Source: Planctomycetota bacterium
GTDB lineage: Bacteria > Planctomycetota > PLA2 > JAEUHO01
NCBI GenBank assembly: GCA_965222115.1
Contig: CBDCTJ010000007.1
Coordinates: 2,976,001-3,040,000, forward strand
DNA: 64,000 bases
Direction of reading: 5' to 3'
The notes beneath the pieces are model-generated. The model saw only the letters and a list, made by a program, of their open reading frames with translations, was not told where the DNA came from and searched no databases. The position numbers and the translations under genes were made by a program. Below, piece by piece: positions 52,548 through 61,467 of this stretch. Each line of letters starts with the position of its first letter. The stretch's first letter is position 1.

Positions 52548-52692
52548 ACCTGGCATTATTGGCTCACTGCTTTCGATGCGCCATAGATACCTGGTATTTC
52601 TGGTGCATGAGTGACCCCGCCCGTCGAGGAGAAGCGCAACAAATAGCGCTATGCGGGCACGTGCGCCACTTATACCTGGTATTTTCGGCGCA
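52536..52692. repeat. Cluster of three 31-bp palindromic sites (copies 4-6: 52536-52566, 52577-52607, 52662-52692)
   Basis: AGCGCCA-AATGA-ACCTGGC-ATTAT-TGGCTCA; TGCGCCA-TAGAT-ACCTGGT-ATTTC-TGGTGCA; TGCGCCA-CTTAT-ACCTGGT-ATTTT-CGGCGCA. Confidence 0.85.
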
Positions 52693-53640
52693 TTAGTTAG
52701 CTTGGTCGAGGGACTCGAGGATGCGGAGGTAGGAGTCGAAGCGGGACGGGGCGAGGTCGCCTTCGACGAGAGCGGATTGGACAGCACAACGGGGTTCGTG
52801 GGTGTGGCTGCAGTCGGGGAACTTGCAGTTCGGTGCGAGTTCGGCGATGTCGCGGAAGAGCCACGGCAGATCACGCTTGGGGATCCCGAATAGTCCAAAC
52901 TCGCGCACGCCCGCGGTGTCAATCACCGCACCCCCATTCGGTAGCTCGAAGAGGGTCGTGGCGGTGGTGGTGTGCGTGCCTTTGCCGGTGAACTCGTTCA
53001 CGTCCCCCACCGTTAGGTCCCACGCGTTGTTGATGGCATTGAGAACGGATGACTTCCCAACACCGCTGTGTCCGCAGATGACCGTTACGCGACCAACGAG
53101 AGCATCTCGGAGTGCGCCGATGCCGTCACCTTCTGTGGCACTCACTACGAATACGGGATATCCCAGTGATCGATAGAGTTCGACTTCGTGTGGCGCCTCG
53201 TCCGTCAGATCGATTTTGTTGATGACGAGGATCGCTTCTAGATCGCAGTGTTCGATGACAGCCAACACACGATCCACAAGTGCGGGATTGAATTCCGGAT
53301 CTGCTGCCGCACTGACCAATGCAACTGCGTCAAGATTGGCCGCAATTACGTGCTCTACCCGCTCCTGCCGATTCGCGGGGCGCGACAACAAGCTTCGTCG
53401 GGGCTCAATGGACTCAATGGCGCCTCGGTCTAGAGCCGTGCGCACCACACGAACGCGATCCCCCACCGCGACCGGCGACTTTTGGTGCGTGCGGTCACGA
53501 AGATGAATACGACCACGCACATTGCACCAAAGCCGGGCATCGCTCGCGAGGTCCTCAGGGGGATCATCCAGACGAACTAAACAGCCGCGAGCATCCAATC
53601 GCACAACCGTCGCCTCGTAGATGATCGCGTCGTCAGTCAT
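52693..53640 (-). CDS. rsgA: Ribosome small subunit-dependent GTPase A
   Basis: VGD, AANLD, NKID, GHSGVGKSS, GTHTTT, DTAG, and zinc finger CKFPDCSHTHEPRC. Confidence 0.96.
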   Translation of the reverse strand: MTDDAIIYEATVVRLDARGCLVRLDDPPEDLASDARLWCNVRGRIHLRDRTHQKSPVAVGDRVRVVRTALDRGAIESIEPRRSLLSRPANRQERVEHVIAANLDAVALVSAAADPEFNPALVDRVLAVIEHCDLEAILVINKIDLTDEAPHEVELYRSLGYPVFVVSATEGDGIGALRDALVGRVTVICGHSGVGKSSVLNAINNAWDLTVGDVNEFTGKGTHTTTATTLFELPNGGAVIDTAGVREFGLFGIPKRDLPWLFRDIAELAPNCKFPDCSHTHEPRCAVQSALVEGDLAPSRFDSYLRILESLDQAN

Positions 53641-54416
53641 GAACGTTTGCTGCCCCGATTGCCGTGCAGTGTTGCGATGACGATGCCCGCTGCTACAGCA
53701 GCGTTAAGCGATTCCACATGGGGCGCGATGGGGACCGAAACAATGCGGGTTGCCGCAGCAACCACAGCTTCGTGGGCGCCGCGCGCCTCTGAACCGACAA
53801 CGAGAAGTGCGTTCCCGGGAAGCGAAGGGGCTTCAAAGACGCTCTCGCCACCCGCATCCGTGATCCATAGGTCGCGCGACGCCGAGGCAACGTCATCTAA
53901 GACCTCGCTTCGATTGGCACGCGCGAACGGAACGTGGAGCGCTAGGCCCGCGGACGCGCGCAACGCTTTCGCGCCAAGCGGATAGGCCGTGCCCTCCGTG
54001 ACAACGCATGCGGATACAGAAAAGGCCGCAACGATCCGAAAGATCGCACCCACATTACCCGGGTCCTGAACCCCATCCAGCCAGACCAACGGGCCGCGTG
54101 CCTGTCGCAGCTGTTCCCACGACGTAGACGTATCTCGCACGATTGCTAAGACACCCGACGACGTGACCGTTTCACTGACTCGATCCATTTCGTTGCGCGA
54201 CGCCTGTTGAACGTCAATGTCCTGTGCGCGAGCCGCGCTTTCGATTGTTTCCCGCACGTCGTCGCGAACGTCGTCGGCCACCCACAGCGAACGCACAACG
54301 CCAAGCGAGAGCGCATCGACAATAGCTTTGGGCCCCTCCAACACGTGCTCGGTCATGTCGCCGCGCCCGCGCACTATCTGACGCAAGCGCGCCGCTTGTG
54401 ACTTCGAAAGCGTCAA
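53637..54416 (-). CDS. TrmH/SpoU family RNA methyltransferase
   Basis: LDGVQDPGNVGAIFR, GSEARG, ESLNAAVA. Confidence 0.93.
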   Translation of the reverse strand: MTLSKSQAARLRQIVRGRGDMTEHVLEGPKAIVDALSLGVVRSLWVADDVRDDVRETIESAARAQDIDVQQASRNEMDRVSETVTSSGVLAIVRDTSTSWEQLRQARGPLVWLDGVQDPGNVGAIFRIVAAFSVSACVVTEGTAYPLGAKALRASAGLALHVPFARANRSEVLDDVASASRDLWITDAGGESVFEAPSLPGNALLVVGSEARGAHEAVVAAATRIVSVPIAPHVESLNAAVAAGIVIATLHGNRGSKRS

Positions 54417-55450
54417 CGGATGCCACCCGCTGCATGGCGAAGCGCGCGAATCGCCGCCCGCATATCGGCCGGCACGTCGCTACGCAGCACAATGTCTTCT
54501 CCTGTCATGGGATGCCGAAAGGAGAGTTCACGCGCGTGCAGCGCGAGACGCGACAACACCGGCCGATCCTCGGAACGTGAAACGCGGGGATCAATGGCCG
54601 ATCGATAGAGGGGTCGCACATCGCCATACAAATGATCCGCCACGATGGGCCACCTCACATGTGCAAGATGCACGCGAAGTTGATGAGTACGGCCCGTATG
54701 AGGTTCGAGTTCCAACAGTGCATGCCGGTCAAAGCGTTCGGCCACACGCCACGTTGTTTGTGCGGGTAGCCCATCAGGAAGCACCGCTTGATGAAGCGTG
54801 GTTTCTGCGTGCGGATCGGTAGCGATCGGCGCGTCGATCACTCCGTGCGATTCGACTGGCACCCCGTCGATGAGCGCCATGTAGCACTTGTTCATTTCAC
54901 GATTCGCGAACATCTTTCCAATGATCGCGTCAACTGCACGGTCCTTCACGGCAAGCACCACACCACTGGTATCGCGATCCAACCGATGGCCCAGCCTCGG
55001 AATTCGATCATCCGATGGGTCGCGATCATGTGGCCGTCGGGCCTTGGCAAGCGCGTGAAGCTTTCCCAGCAACGTTCCATGGCGCGTCGTGCCCACGGGA
55101 TGCGCGGACATGCCACTGGGCTTGTCAATCGCCAGAAGAAATTCGTCTTCGTAGAGAATAACGAGGTCATCGGAACGCTCTTCGCTGGGTGCACCAGGGA
55201 TCACTGGCAGGCGCACTTCAATGAGGTCACCTTGCTTCACGCGCATCGAGGCCTTGGCGGGCCTGTTTCCAATTAGGATCTCGCCCGCCTTGCACATGTT
55301 CCGAAAATGGTTGCGACTCTTCCACGGATACCGTTCACGCAAAAGTGAATCGATCCGCATCCCCGCCATGGGCTCATCCACCCGAAATCGATACGATTCG
55401 CGCGGCTTGGAGTGATCGGTGTACTGCCGGAGAAGGCGCGTCATCGCCAA
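54413..55450 (-). CDS. RluA/RluD family pseudouridine synthase
   Basis: S4 domain, IDKPSG, HRLDRDTSG, TGRTHQLRVH, LHA. Confidence 0.95.
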   Translation of the reverse strand: MAMTRLLRQYTDHSKPRESYRFRVDEPMAGMRIDSLLRERYPWKSRNHFRNMCKAGEILIGNRPAKASMRVKQGDLIEVRLPVIPGAPSEERSDDLVILYEDEFLLAIDKPSGMSAHPVGTTRHGTLLGKLHALAKARRPHDRDPSDDRIPRLGHRLDRDTSGVVLAVKDRAVDAIIGKMFANREMNKCYMALIDGVPVESHGVIDAPIATDPHAETTLHQAVLPDGLPAQTTWRVAERFDRHALLELEPHTGRTHQLRVHLAHVRWPIVADHLYGDVRPLYRSAIDPRVSRSEDRPVLSRLALHARELSFRHPMTGEDIVLRSDVPADMRAAIRALRHAAGGIR

Positions 55451-55591
55451 TCAAGCCGCGGCGCACATCGGCGACGCGTCCAGATTTTCGGAGAATGGGT
55501 AGGGGCAGAACGCACGTGAACCAGAATACCAAGAGGACCGCATCGCGTGTAGGGCGCGCGTCCATCGCCCACGACCAACACGACGTTCATG

Positions 55592-56701
55592 CTATCCGTC
55601 GAGCGAGAGGTAGAACGCGATGCCCAAGCTTCCGAATATCACGGTGGGCATCCATGCCATAACCACGGGATTGAGCCCCATCGTTTTCGACAACAGCGAA
55701 GCGACGTATCCGGCGCCGAAGTACAGTGCAGCCACCCCCATGGCATTGAGAATCCCTGGCAAGGCACTCGATTTTCGCTGGCCTACTTGCGTGCAAAAGG
55801 GCAACGCAAGCAGCAGCAACACAATGACGGAGAGTGGCTGCGTCCACAACTGATGTCGCATAAGCCGAAAGCGCACATCGTGTGGATTGGCCTCAATCAG
55901 CGCTTCCACTTCATCAAACGACACCCCGAGTCGCCCGGCGCGGGTGAGTGTGATTTCCATCAACCGTCGTGAATCATAGAGCGGCGCGCGGGCGCCCTTT
56001 TCGATGGGCCGCCGAACCGATCCGGGCGCATCGTCTCGTCGAGGAATAAGTTCTCCGCCATGCGGGGCAAACCATCCTGCGCGCGCTTGATCCCATGTAA
56101 GTTGTGGATAGCGACGGATGGCTTCATATCCATCCTCCCCCCACTGCGTCAAGAAAACATTCTCCATGCGACTCTCAATGGGGTTGTAAGCGCCCATGGA
56201 AAGTCGGTGACCTCCTGAATCGTGATAAGGCGCAATCTTTGCACTGCGATGCGGATTCTTCTTTCCAAGCAACCGTTGCATTCGCATGTTTTCGCGGCTG
56301 AGCCCCGGGACAAGGGCAACTTGAGTGGCGATGAGCACACCCGCGATAAGCACCGACGAGACAATAATCGGCAGAACGGCCCTACGCATGGATACGCCCG
56401 ACACGAGCAGCGGCGTCAACTCGCCGCGTCGGGACAATCGGGATAGACACATGCAGGCCGCTATGGGCGCACACAGAGGGATCAACTGCGTCCATACAAA
56501 GGGAAAAAACGTGGCGTAATAGCGAATGATGAGCGCCAACGGATCGTAGCCAGCCTTCTTGATGTCTTTCCAGTAGCGCGCCAACCGATCCGCGCGGTCG
56601 CTCAGCTCCATCACCAAGACAATGGCGGAAATGAACAGGAGTACCGCAATAAACGTACCCCAAAAAGACTTTAGAATGTATCGATCATGACGACGGAACA
56701 C
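55592..56701 (-). CDS. lptG: LptF/LptG family permease (LptG-like)
   Basis: DRYIL, ELTPLLVSGVS, C-terminal TMs with AWMP; GTG start 2 bp after the lptF stop. Confidence 0.8.
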   Translation of the reverse strand: MFRRHDRYILKSFWGTFIAVLLFISAIVLVMELSDRADRLARYWKDIKKAGYDPLALIIRYYATFFPFVWTQLIPLCAPIAACMCLSRLSRRGELTPLLVSGVSMRRAVLPIIVSSVLIAGVLIATQVALVPGLSRENMRMQRLLGKKNPHRSAKIAPYHDSGGHRLSMGAYNPIESRMENVFLTQWGEDGYEAIRRYPQLTWDQARAGWFAPHGGELIPRRDDAPGSVRRPIEKGARAPLYDSRRLMEITLTRAGRLGVSFDEVEALIEANPHDVRFRLMRHQLWTQPLSVIVLLLLALPFCTQVGQRKSSALPGILNAMGVAALYFGAGYVASLLSKTMGLNPVVMAWMPTVIFGSLGIAFYLSLDG

Positions 56702-56703
56702 GC

Positions 56704-57846
56704 CTACTGCCTCCGCCCAAGTAAGTAGACGGCGGCGGATACGACCGCAAGGAGAGCATTGGGGAGCCACATGGCGATCCACGGCTCCATGCCGAAACGT
56801 TTGGCAAATGATGGACCGGCGATATAGAGCGGCGCGAAAATGGCGATGGCGGGCAAGATACACACCAGAGCATCGCGGACGCGCCTTCCCGTAGGCGGAA
56901 GCACAAGTGACATCGCCAGCGCGAACAAGGAAAGGAAGAAAACAGAGGCACCGAGCGAGAGTCGTCCGTGCAACGCCAATGCAGGCCGCTCCGTGTCGTG
57001 ATAGGGACCGCCTGTGCGCTTCGCGAGATATAGAAGTTCGTTTGCGGTCATGTCTTTCGGCCGGTAGGTCCAGCGTGAAGCGCCAATGAACGTCTCAAAC
57101 GTAGAACTCACGCCGGTCTTGGCAACGGCGCCCATGTTCAAGGTGCGCGCGCCGGTCACCGACTTGACGTCGAACTCGCCACCGTCCTTGGCAATGGTGC
57201 CGCCGTCCACCTCAAACAGAAGTCCGCGATCCGTGCCGTCCATTCCGATTTGGCTCAGTGCCGCTCGTTTGGCGAGCACCTTCCAATCGAGTTCCCCGGA
57301 TGGTCCGCGTTTCTCAAGCTCGACATCGTGAAACGCGCCATCCTGAAACGTACGAAACGAGAAGCGACCATGCTCCATGGCAATCGAACGATTGTTTCCT
57401 CGGAGCGATCCCAAGAACTTCGGCAGATGATCTTTCATCGTGCTTCGCACCGTCCGATGCGAGATCGGCACGTAGTAGGCGTGGAACGCCATGGCGCCCA
57501 CGGCGAGGAGGGCACCCACGGCAAGTACGGGCATCGCCAGGGTCCGCATGGGCCACCCCGCAGTTCGCACAATCGTCAGCTCGTGATCGGCGGACCAGCG
57601 ACCCAGCGTGAGTGCGACTGCGGCAAGCCACGAAAACGGCACAGCGAAACCGAGGGCCACGGGAATAAACTTGGGCAAGAGATGGGCGATTAAGTCTGAT
57701 TCCAGCGCGTCACCGCCGGCCCCCATAAAACGAATCGTGGAGCCGACAAACACGGCTGCGGTCACCAACGAAGCGACCAACACGAAGATGACAAGCATCT
57801 CCACAATCAGCGCTCGTTGGATTCGAAGCAAATTGATCTCCCGCAC
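56704..57846 (-). CDS. lptF: LptF/LptG family permease (LptF-like)
   Basis: GRWSADHELTIVRTAG and WLPN; paired with lptG. Start uncertain. Confidence 0.8.
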   Translation of the reverse strand: MREINLLRIQRALIVEMLVIFVLVASLVTAAVFVGSTIRFMGAGGDALESDLIAHLLPKFIPVALGFAVPFSWLAAVALTLGRWSADHELTIVRTAGWPMRTLAMPVLAVGALLAVGAMAFHAYYVPISHRTVRSTMKDHLPKFLGSLRGNNRSIAMEHGRFSFRTFQDGAFHDVELEKRGPSGELDWKVLAKRAALSQIGMDGTDRGLLFEVDGGTIAKDGGEFDVKSVTGARTLNMGAVAKTGVSSTFETFIGASRWTYRPKDMTANELLYLAKRTGGPYHDTERPALALHGRLSLGASVFFLSLFALAMSLVLPPTGRRVRDALVCILPAIAIFAPLYIAGPSFAKRFGMEPWIAMWLPNALLAVVSAAVYLLGRRQ

Positions 57847-57966
57847 CGCCCATGATGCGACGTGTACGTTCGCTTGGGGTTGAGCCTCTTGCAAGCATGC
57901 TGCCCCCCAATCGTGGCGCCCCGTACTTGGAAAACGGCAGGCAGTTGTATGCTGAGTCCGCCTCGT

Positions 57967-59583
57967 ATGGGGCGAGTTATCTTCAGAGAGGAAGCTGACG
58001 GCTTGGGCACCGCGTCATCATGGAGCACGCCACACCTAACGCGCGCGCTTGATGCGCTGGCGCACGTGCTTGCGCATGCGGAATTTCCAAGCGTGCCTCC
58101 CGGATTTGAACTCATTGACAAGCGTCGTTCCATGCGCATCGTGATGCGCGGGACGCTCTCCCATGACCTTGACGAGCCAATCGAAGTCGTCGTCAAGTGG
58201 CACGCGCCCACCGCGCGTGGGTGGCGATCGGGAAGGCGTGCGGCGCGGGAAGGTGACGTGATGCGGCGCATTGCGCAGGAGGGCATCGCCGTACCTGAGG
58301 TCTTGGGTTGGCGTTCCCGACCCGCACAGATGCTTGTCACGCGATGGATTCCGGATCTCGTCGCAATCCCCACGTTGGAGGGAACGGGTCCCGAGTTACG
58401 CGAGACGCTCTGCGAGTTGATTGCCAATGCGCGGCAGCGCGGCTTGTGGCACCGTGATCTTCATCTCGGCAATGTCGCGCTTAGATATGGCAAACCCCTC
58501 CTGCTTGATTTTGGGGGAGCGGTGCTTGGTAGACGCGAAGACCCACTCGACTACGCGATGCTCAGTCTTATCCATCACTCGTCGCTGGATCGGCTTTCGA
58601 CAACGAGTCAGATTCGTTGGCTTAAAGACTATGGAAATGTAGTAGATATCCCGTGGAATCGGGCCCGCCTGTGCGAGACCATCAATCATGTGTCGAAGCA
58701 ATCTGCGAGGATGGCTAGGCGTTATCGTCGCGGCCGCGATCGTCGTGCAACGAGAAGTGGCCGTCACTTTCAGGCCGACATCGATCGAAAGACTCGCGTC
58801 CGGAGCATTCGGGCATGCCGCAATGTGCCGGACACATTGCCCGAACTCACACGTGCGTGCTACGACGCCGTGTTAGACGAACACGAGTACGTACCTGTGG
58901 GCAAGAGCACCTATGAACTCGTGCCCTTCAAGTCCTCGGCACGCGGCCCAAGCGTGTTTCGTATCACCACCGACGAGGGTACGTTTGCGGTCAAGTACTT
59001 CGAACCAGTGCCGATGTTCCGTCGGACGCGAGTACGGCGCGCTTTCATCACGGCGTTCGCATTGACCAATCGATATTTGCCGGCACCACGCGCGCTTTCG
59101 TGTCGCTGGGCAACGACCGGTGAGGGCATACTGATATCGGAGTGGATCGATGCCCCCGATCTTCACGCGTTCTTTCATGACCCATCATCCGAAGGATTTT
59201 CGGCACTTCCGGAGCGATCCCAATTGGATCTGCTGCACCATGTTGGGCGCACGCTGCGCCACCTTCACGAGTGCGCGCTAACGCACCGCGACCTCAAAGC
59301 ACCCAACCTCTTGGTTCGCGTCGATGCAAACACAAAACCGGCCATGTGGTTTGTTGATTTGGATGGCTTGCGGGTTCGGCGAAGAGCGCCGGGATGGGCA
59401 CGACGAGCAAAGGACTTGGCGCGACTCGACGCCTCGCTCCCATTTTCCGATCTGCATCGCAGACGGTTGTTTGAGTCTTACCTCGGCGTATGGCCGCGGT
59501 CTCTCGTTTCGCTTGACGAACTTGATGCCATGATTACGCCGCATGTAGAACGCAAACGCGGGCCGAGCGGCAATCCACGTTAA
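57967..59583 (+). CDS. Tandem Kdo/WaaP-like lipopolysaccharide kinase (two kinase domains)
   Basis: Two catalytic sets: VVVK...HRDLHLGN...LLDFG and FAVK...HRDLKAPN...VDLDG; divergent from lptFG. Start uncertain. Confidence 0.8.
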   Translation: MGRVIFREEADGLGTASSWSTPHLTRALDALAHVLAHAEFPSVPPGFELIDKRRSMRIVMRGTLSHDLDEPIEVVVKWHAPTARGWRSGRRAAREGDVMRRIAQEGIAVPEVLGWRSRPAQMLVTRWIPDLVAIPTLEGTGPELRETLCELIANARQRGLWHRDLHLGNVALRYGKPLLLDFGGAVLGRREDPLDYAMLSLIHHSSLDRLSTTSQIRWLKDYGNVVDIPWNRARLCETINHVSKQSARMARRYRRGRDRRATRSGRHFQADIDRKTRVRSIRACRNVPDTLPELTRACYDAVLDEHEYVPVGKSTYELVPFKSSARGPSVFRITTDEGTFAVKYFEPVPMFRRTRVRRAFITAFALTNRYLPAPRALSCRWATTGEGILISEWIDAPDLHAFFHDPSSEGFSALPERSQLDLLHHVGRTLRHLHECALTHRDLKAPNLLVRVDANTKPAMWFVDLDGLRVRRRAPGWARRAKDLARLDASLPFSDLHRRRLFESYLGVWPRSLVSLDELDAMITPHVERKRGPSGNPR

Positions 59584-59611
59584 CGTATTCGCTCACAACA
59601 AAGGAGCGCCC

Positions 59612-60571
59612 ATGGCTGCACGCAGAGGATCGCGAACCCAACCGTACGCACGTTCCCGCAAGAAGAGCGCGGGCATTATTTCGGTTCATATGGATCTAGG
59701 CGCCGGGCGTCGTGGCGTGGACATGGGGCCTTCGGCCATCCGACTTGCAGGACTGAATGAAGGCCTTCAAAAACTCGGCTACCGCGTACGCGAAATGGGT
59801 TCGGTCCATGCGGACGATCCCGAGTCGCTGCGTGAAGGACGCGTTAACGCACGTTACTCCGCGGCCGTCCTCGATGTGTGTACCCGCTTACGAGACCGAA
59901 CAATGGAGTCACTATCCGCGGGTTTCCTACCTGTGGTATTGGGTGGTGATCACAGCATCGCGATGGGTAGCGTGTCAGGTGTAGTTTCTCATTGCCGCAA
60001 GACCGGCATGGGTGATGTTGGTCTCCTTTGGATCGACGCCCACACCGACATGAATGTGCCCGACACGTCCCCTAGCGGCAATATCCACGGCATGCCACTC
60101 GCTCATTTGCTCGGCAAAGGCATCCCGGCCCTTCGTAAACTCGCAGGCAATCGTCCAGCTCTTCACGGCGACAATGTGGCGCTGTTAGGCATTCGCAGCG
60201 TGGACAAACACGAACGGCGCCTCGTGAAAGACTCCGGCGTTCGCGCCTACACCATGACCGAGATCGACGCGCGCGGGTTCTCGGAATGCCTCGCCGAAGC
60301 GATTCAGCGCATCACGCAAGACACGGCAGGCTTTCATCTTTCCTTTGATCTGGACGGCGTGGATCCTCGCGAGGCGCCGGGTGTAGGAACTCCGGTTCAA
60401 GGCGGACTCACCTTCCGCGAAGCACACCTCGCGTGCGAAGCGGTTGCACGAACCGGACGACTGCTCGGCATGGACGTGGTCGAGCTCAATCCGTCATTGG
60501 ATGAACGGAACCGAACCGGCGTACTCGCACGCGACCTCATATTGTCGGCGTTGGGAAAGACGATTTTGTAG
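59612..60571 (+). CDS. rocF: Arginase
   Basis: GVDMGP, GGDHS, DAHTDMN...SGNIHGMP, SFDLDGVDP, VELNP. Confidence 0.95.
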   Translation: MAARRGSRTQPYARSRKKSAGIISVHMDLGAGRRGVDMGPSAIRLAGLNEGLQKLGYRVREMGSVHADDPESLREGRVNARYSAAVLDVCTRLRDRTMESLSAGFLPVVLGGDHSIAMGSVSGVVSHCRKTGMGDVGLLWIDAHTDMNVPDTSPSGNIHGMPLAHLLGKGIPALRKLAGNRPALHGDNVALLGIRSVDKHERRLVKDSGVRAYTMTEIDARGFSECLAEAIQRITQDTAGFHLSFDLDGVDPREAPGVGTPVQGGLTFREAHLACEAVARTGRLLGMDVVELNPSLDERNRTGVLARDLILSALGKTIL

Positions 60572-60633
60572 AAGGAGCACAAGGGATATGCGGCTGGTGA
60601 TGGAATAGAATACGCCACTGGAGTAAGGACTTC

Positions 60634-61254
60634 CTATTCAGGAAGCCAGTCGGGCCTTTCGGCTTTGGGGCCGCACCAGGTCCAGTCAGCCAGAACCTCC
60701 TTTAATGATTCGATATCAACTGGACTACCAATGGCAGGTTCACTCATGACGCTAATGCCATATCCGATTTTTCCGAGTTCGTCAGCATGCGAGGCGATGG
60801 TCTCGACGTTTGAGACAATCAACATCCCGCGCGTTCCACCAAATCGCGGCACAAAGACTGGAACCACAATCGTCTGACCACCAGAGAGGACCACTTCATG
60901 CGGTGCGACAACGCGTACGCCCAGCGGCTCTGCTATCCGATTCCAGTACTCCGAATGACCGCATTCGCGAAGCTGGGTTTGCGAGGCATCGTTCTGATTC
61001 GTTGAACGCTCACCATCATGTGTCTTCCTATCGACTAGTCGCGCCATCATCGCAACATAGCTAGAGCCGCTATCCGACCTGAGCGCGTTTAATCGACGTA
61101 CTTCGTCCCAAGCTTCACCTCGGGAGTGAAACGCGCTGGTGGGAGTGAACTGGTGCGGGATACGCTCCCCGCCTGAAACACAGCCCCACGACCCCGGGTC
61201 GTTTGGAATGCGAATCTCTTCACCGCCATCTTGAAAGAAGTCCAGACGAATCAC
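60634..61254 (-). CDS. Hypothetical protein
   Basis: 206-aa ORF, visibly lower GC than neighbours, directly beside repeat array B; no family recognised. Confidence 0.5.
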   Translation of the reverse strand: MIRLDFFQDGGEEIRIPNDPGSWGCVSGGERIPHQFTPTSAFHSRGEAWDEVRRLNALRSDSGSSYVAMMARLVDRKTHDGERSTNQNDASQTQLRECGHSEYWNRIAEPLGVRVVAPHEVVLSGGQTIVVPVFVPRFGGTRGMLIVSNVETIASHADELGKIGYGISVMSEPAIGSPVDIESLKEVLADWTWCGPKAERPDWLPE

Positions 61255-61467
61255 AACGAAGACGTGCTTCTTATGGCTATGTGGTCTATTGACGCTAATC
61301 GCTTTGCTCCCAATGAATGGTGCTCACAAAAACTTACCGCGCTCCTCGCCAGTTGCGCTTGGTGGTCTTGGTGTCCTTGGCGAGAGCTTCTTTCTTCATG
61401 AGTGGCGACCCCCTACCAGTAGGCGCGCGCTCACTCCAATCGTATCCCAACACGCTTGCGCTTCGAT

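Noticed and set aside
51546-52692. Identifying the 31-bp sites as integron attC or chromosomal dif
   Set aside because: No RYYYAAC/GTTRRRY ends and no XerD-type TTATGTTAAAT arm; no integrase in the window.
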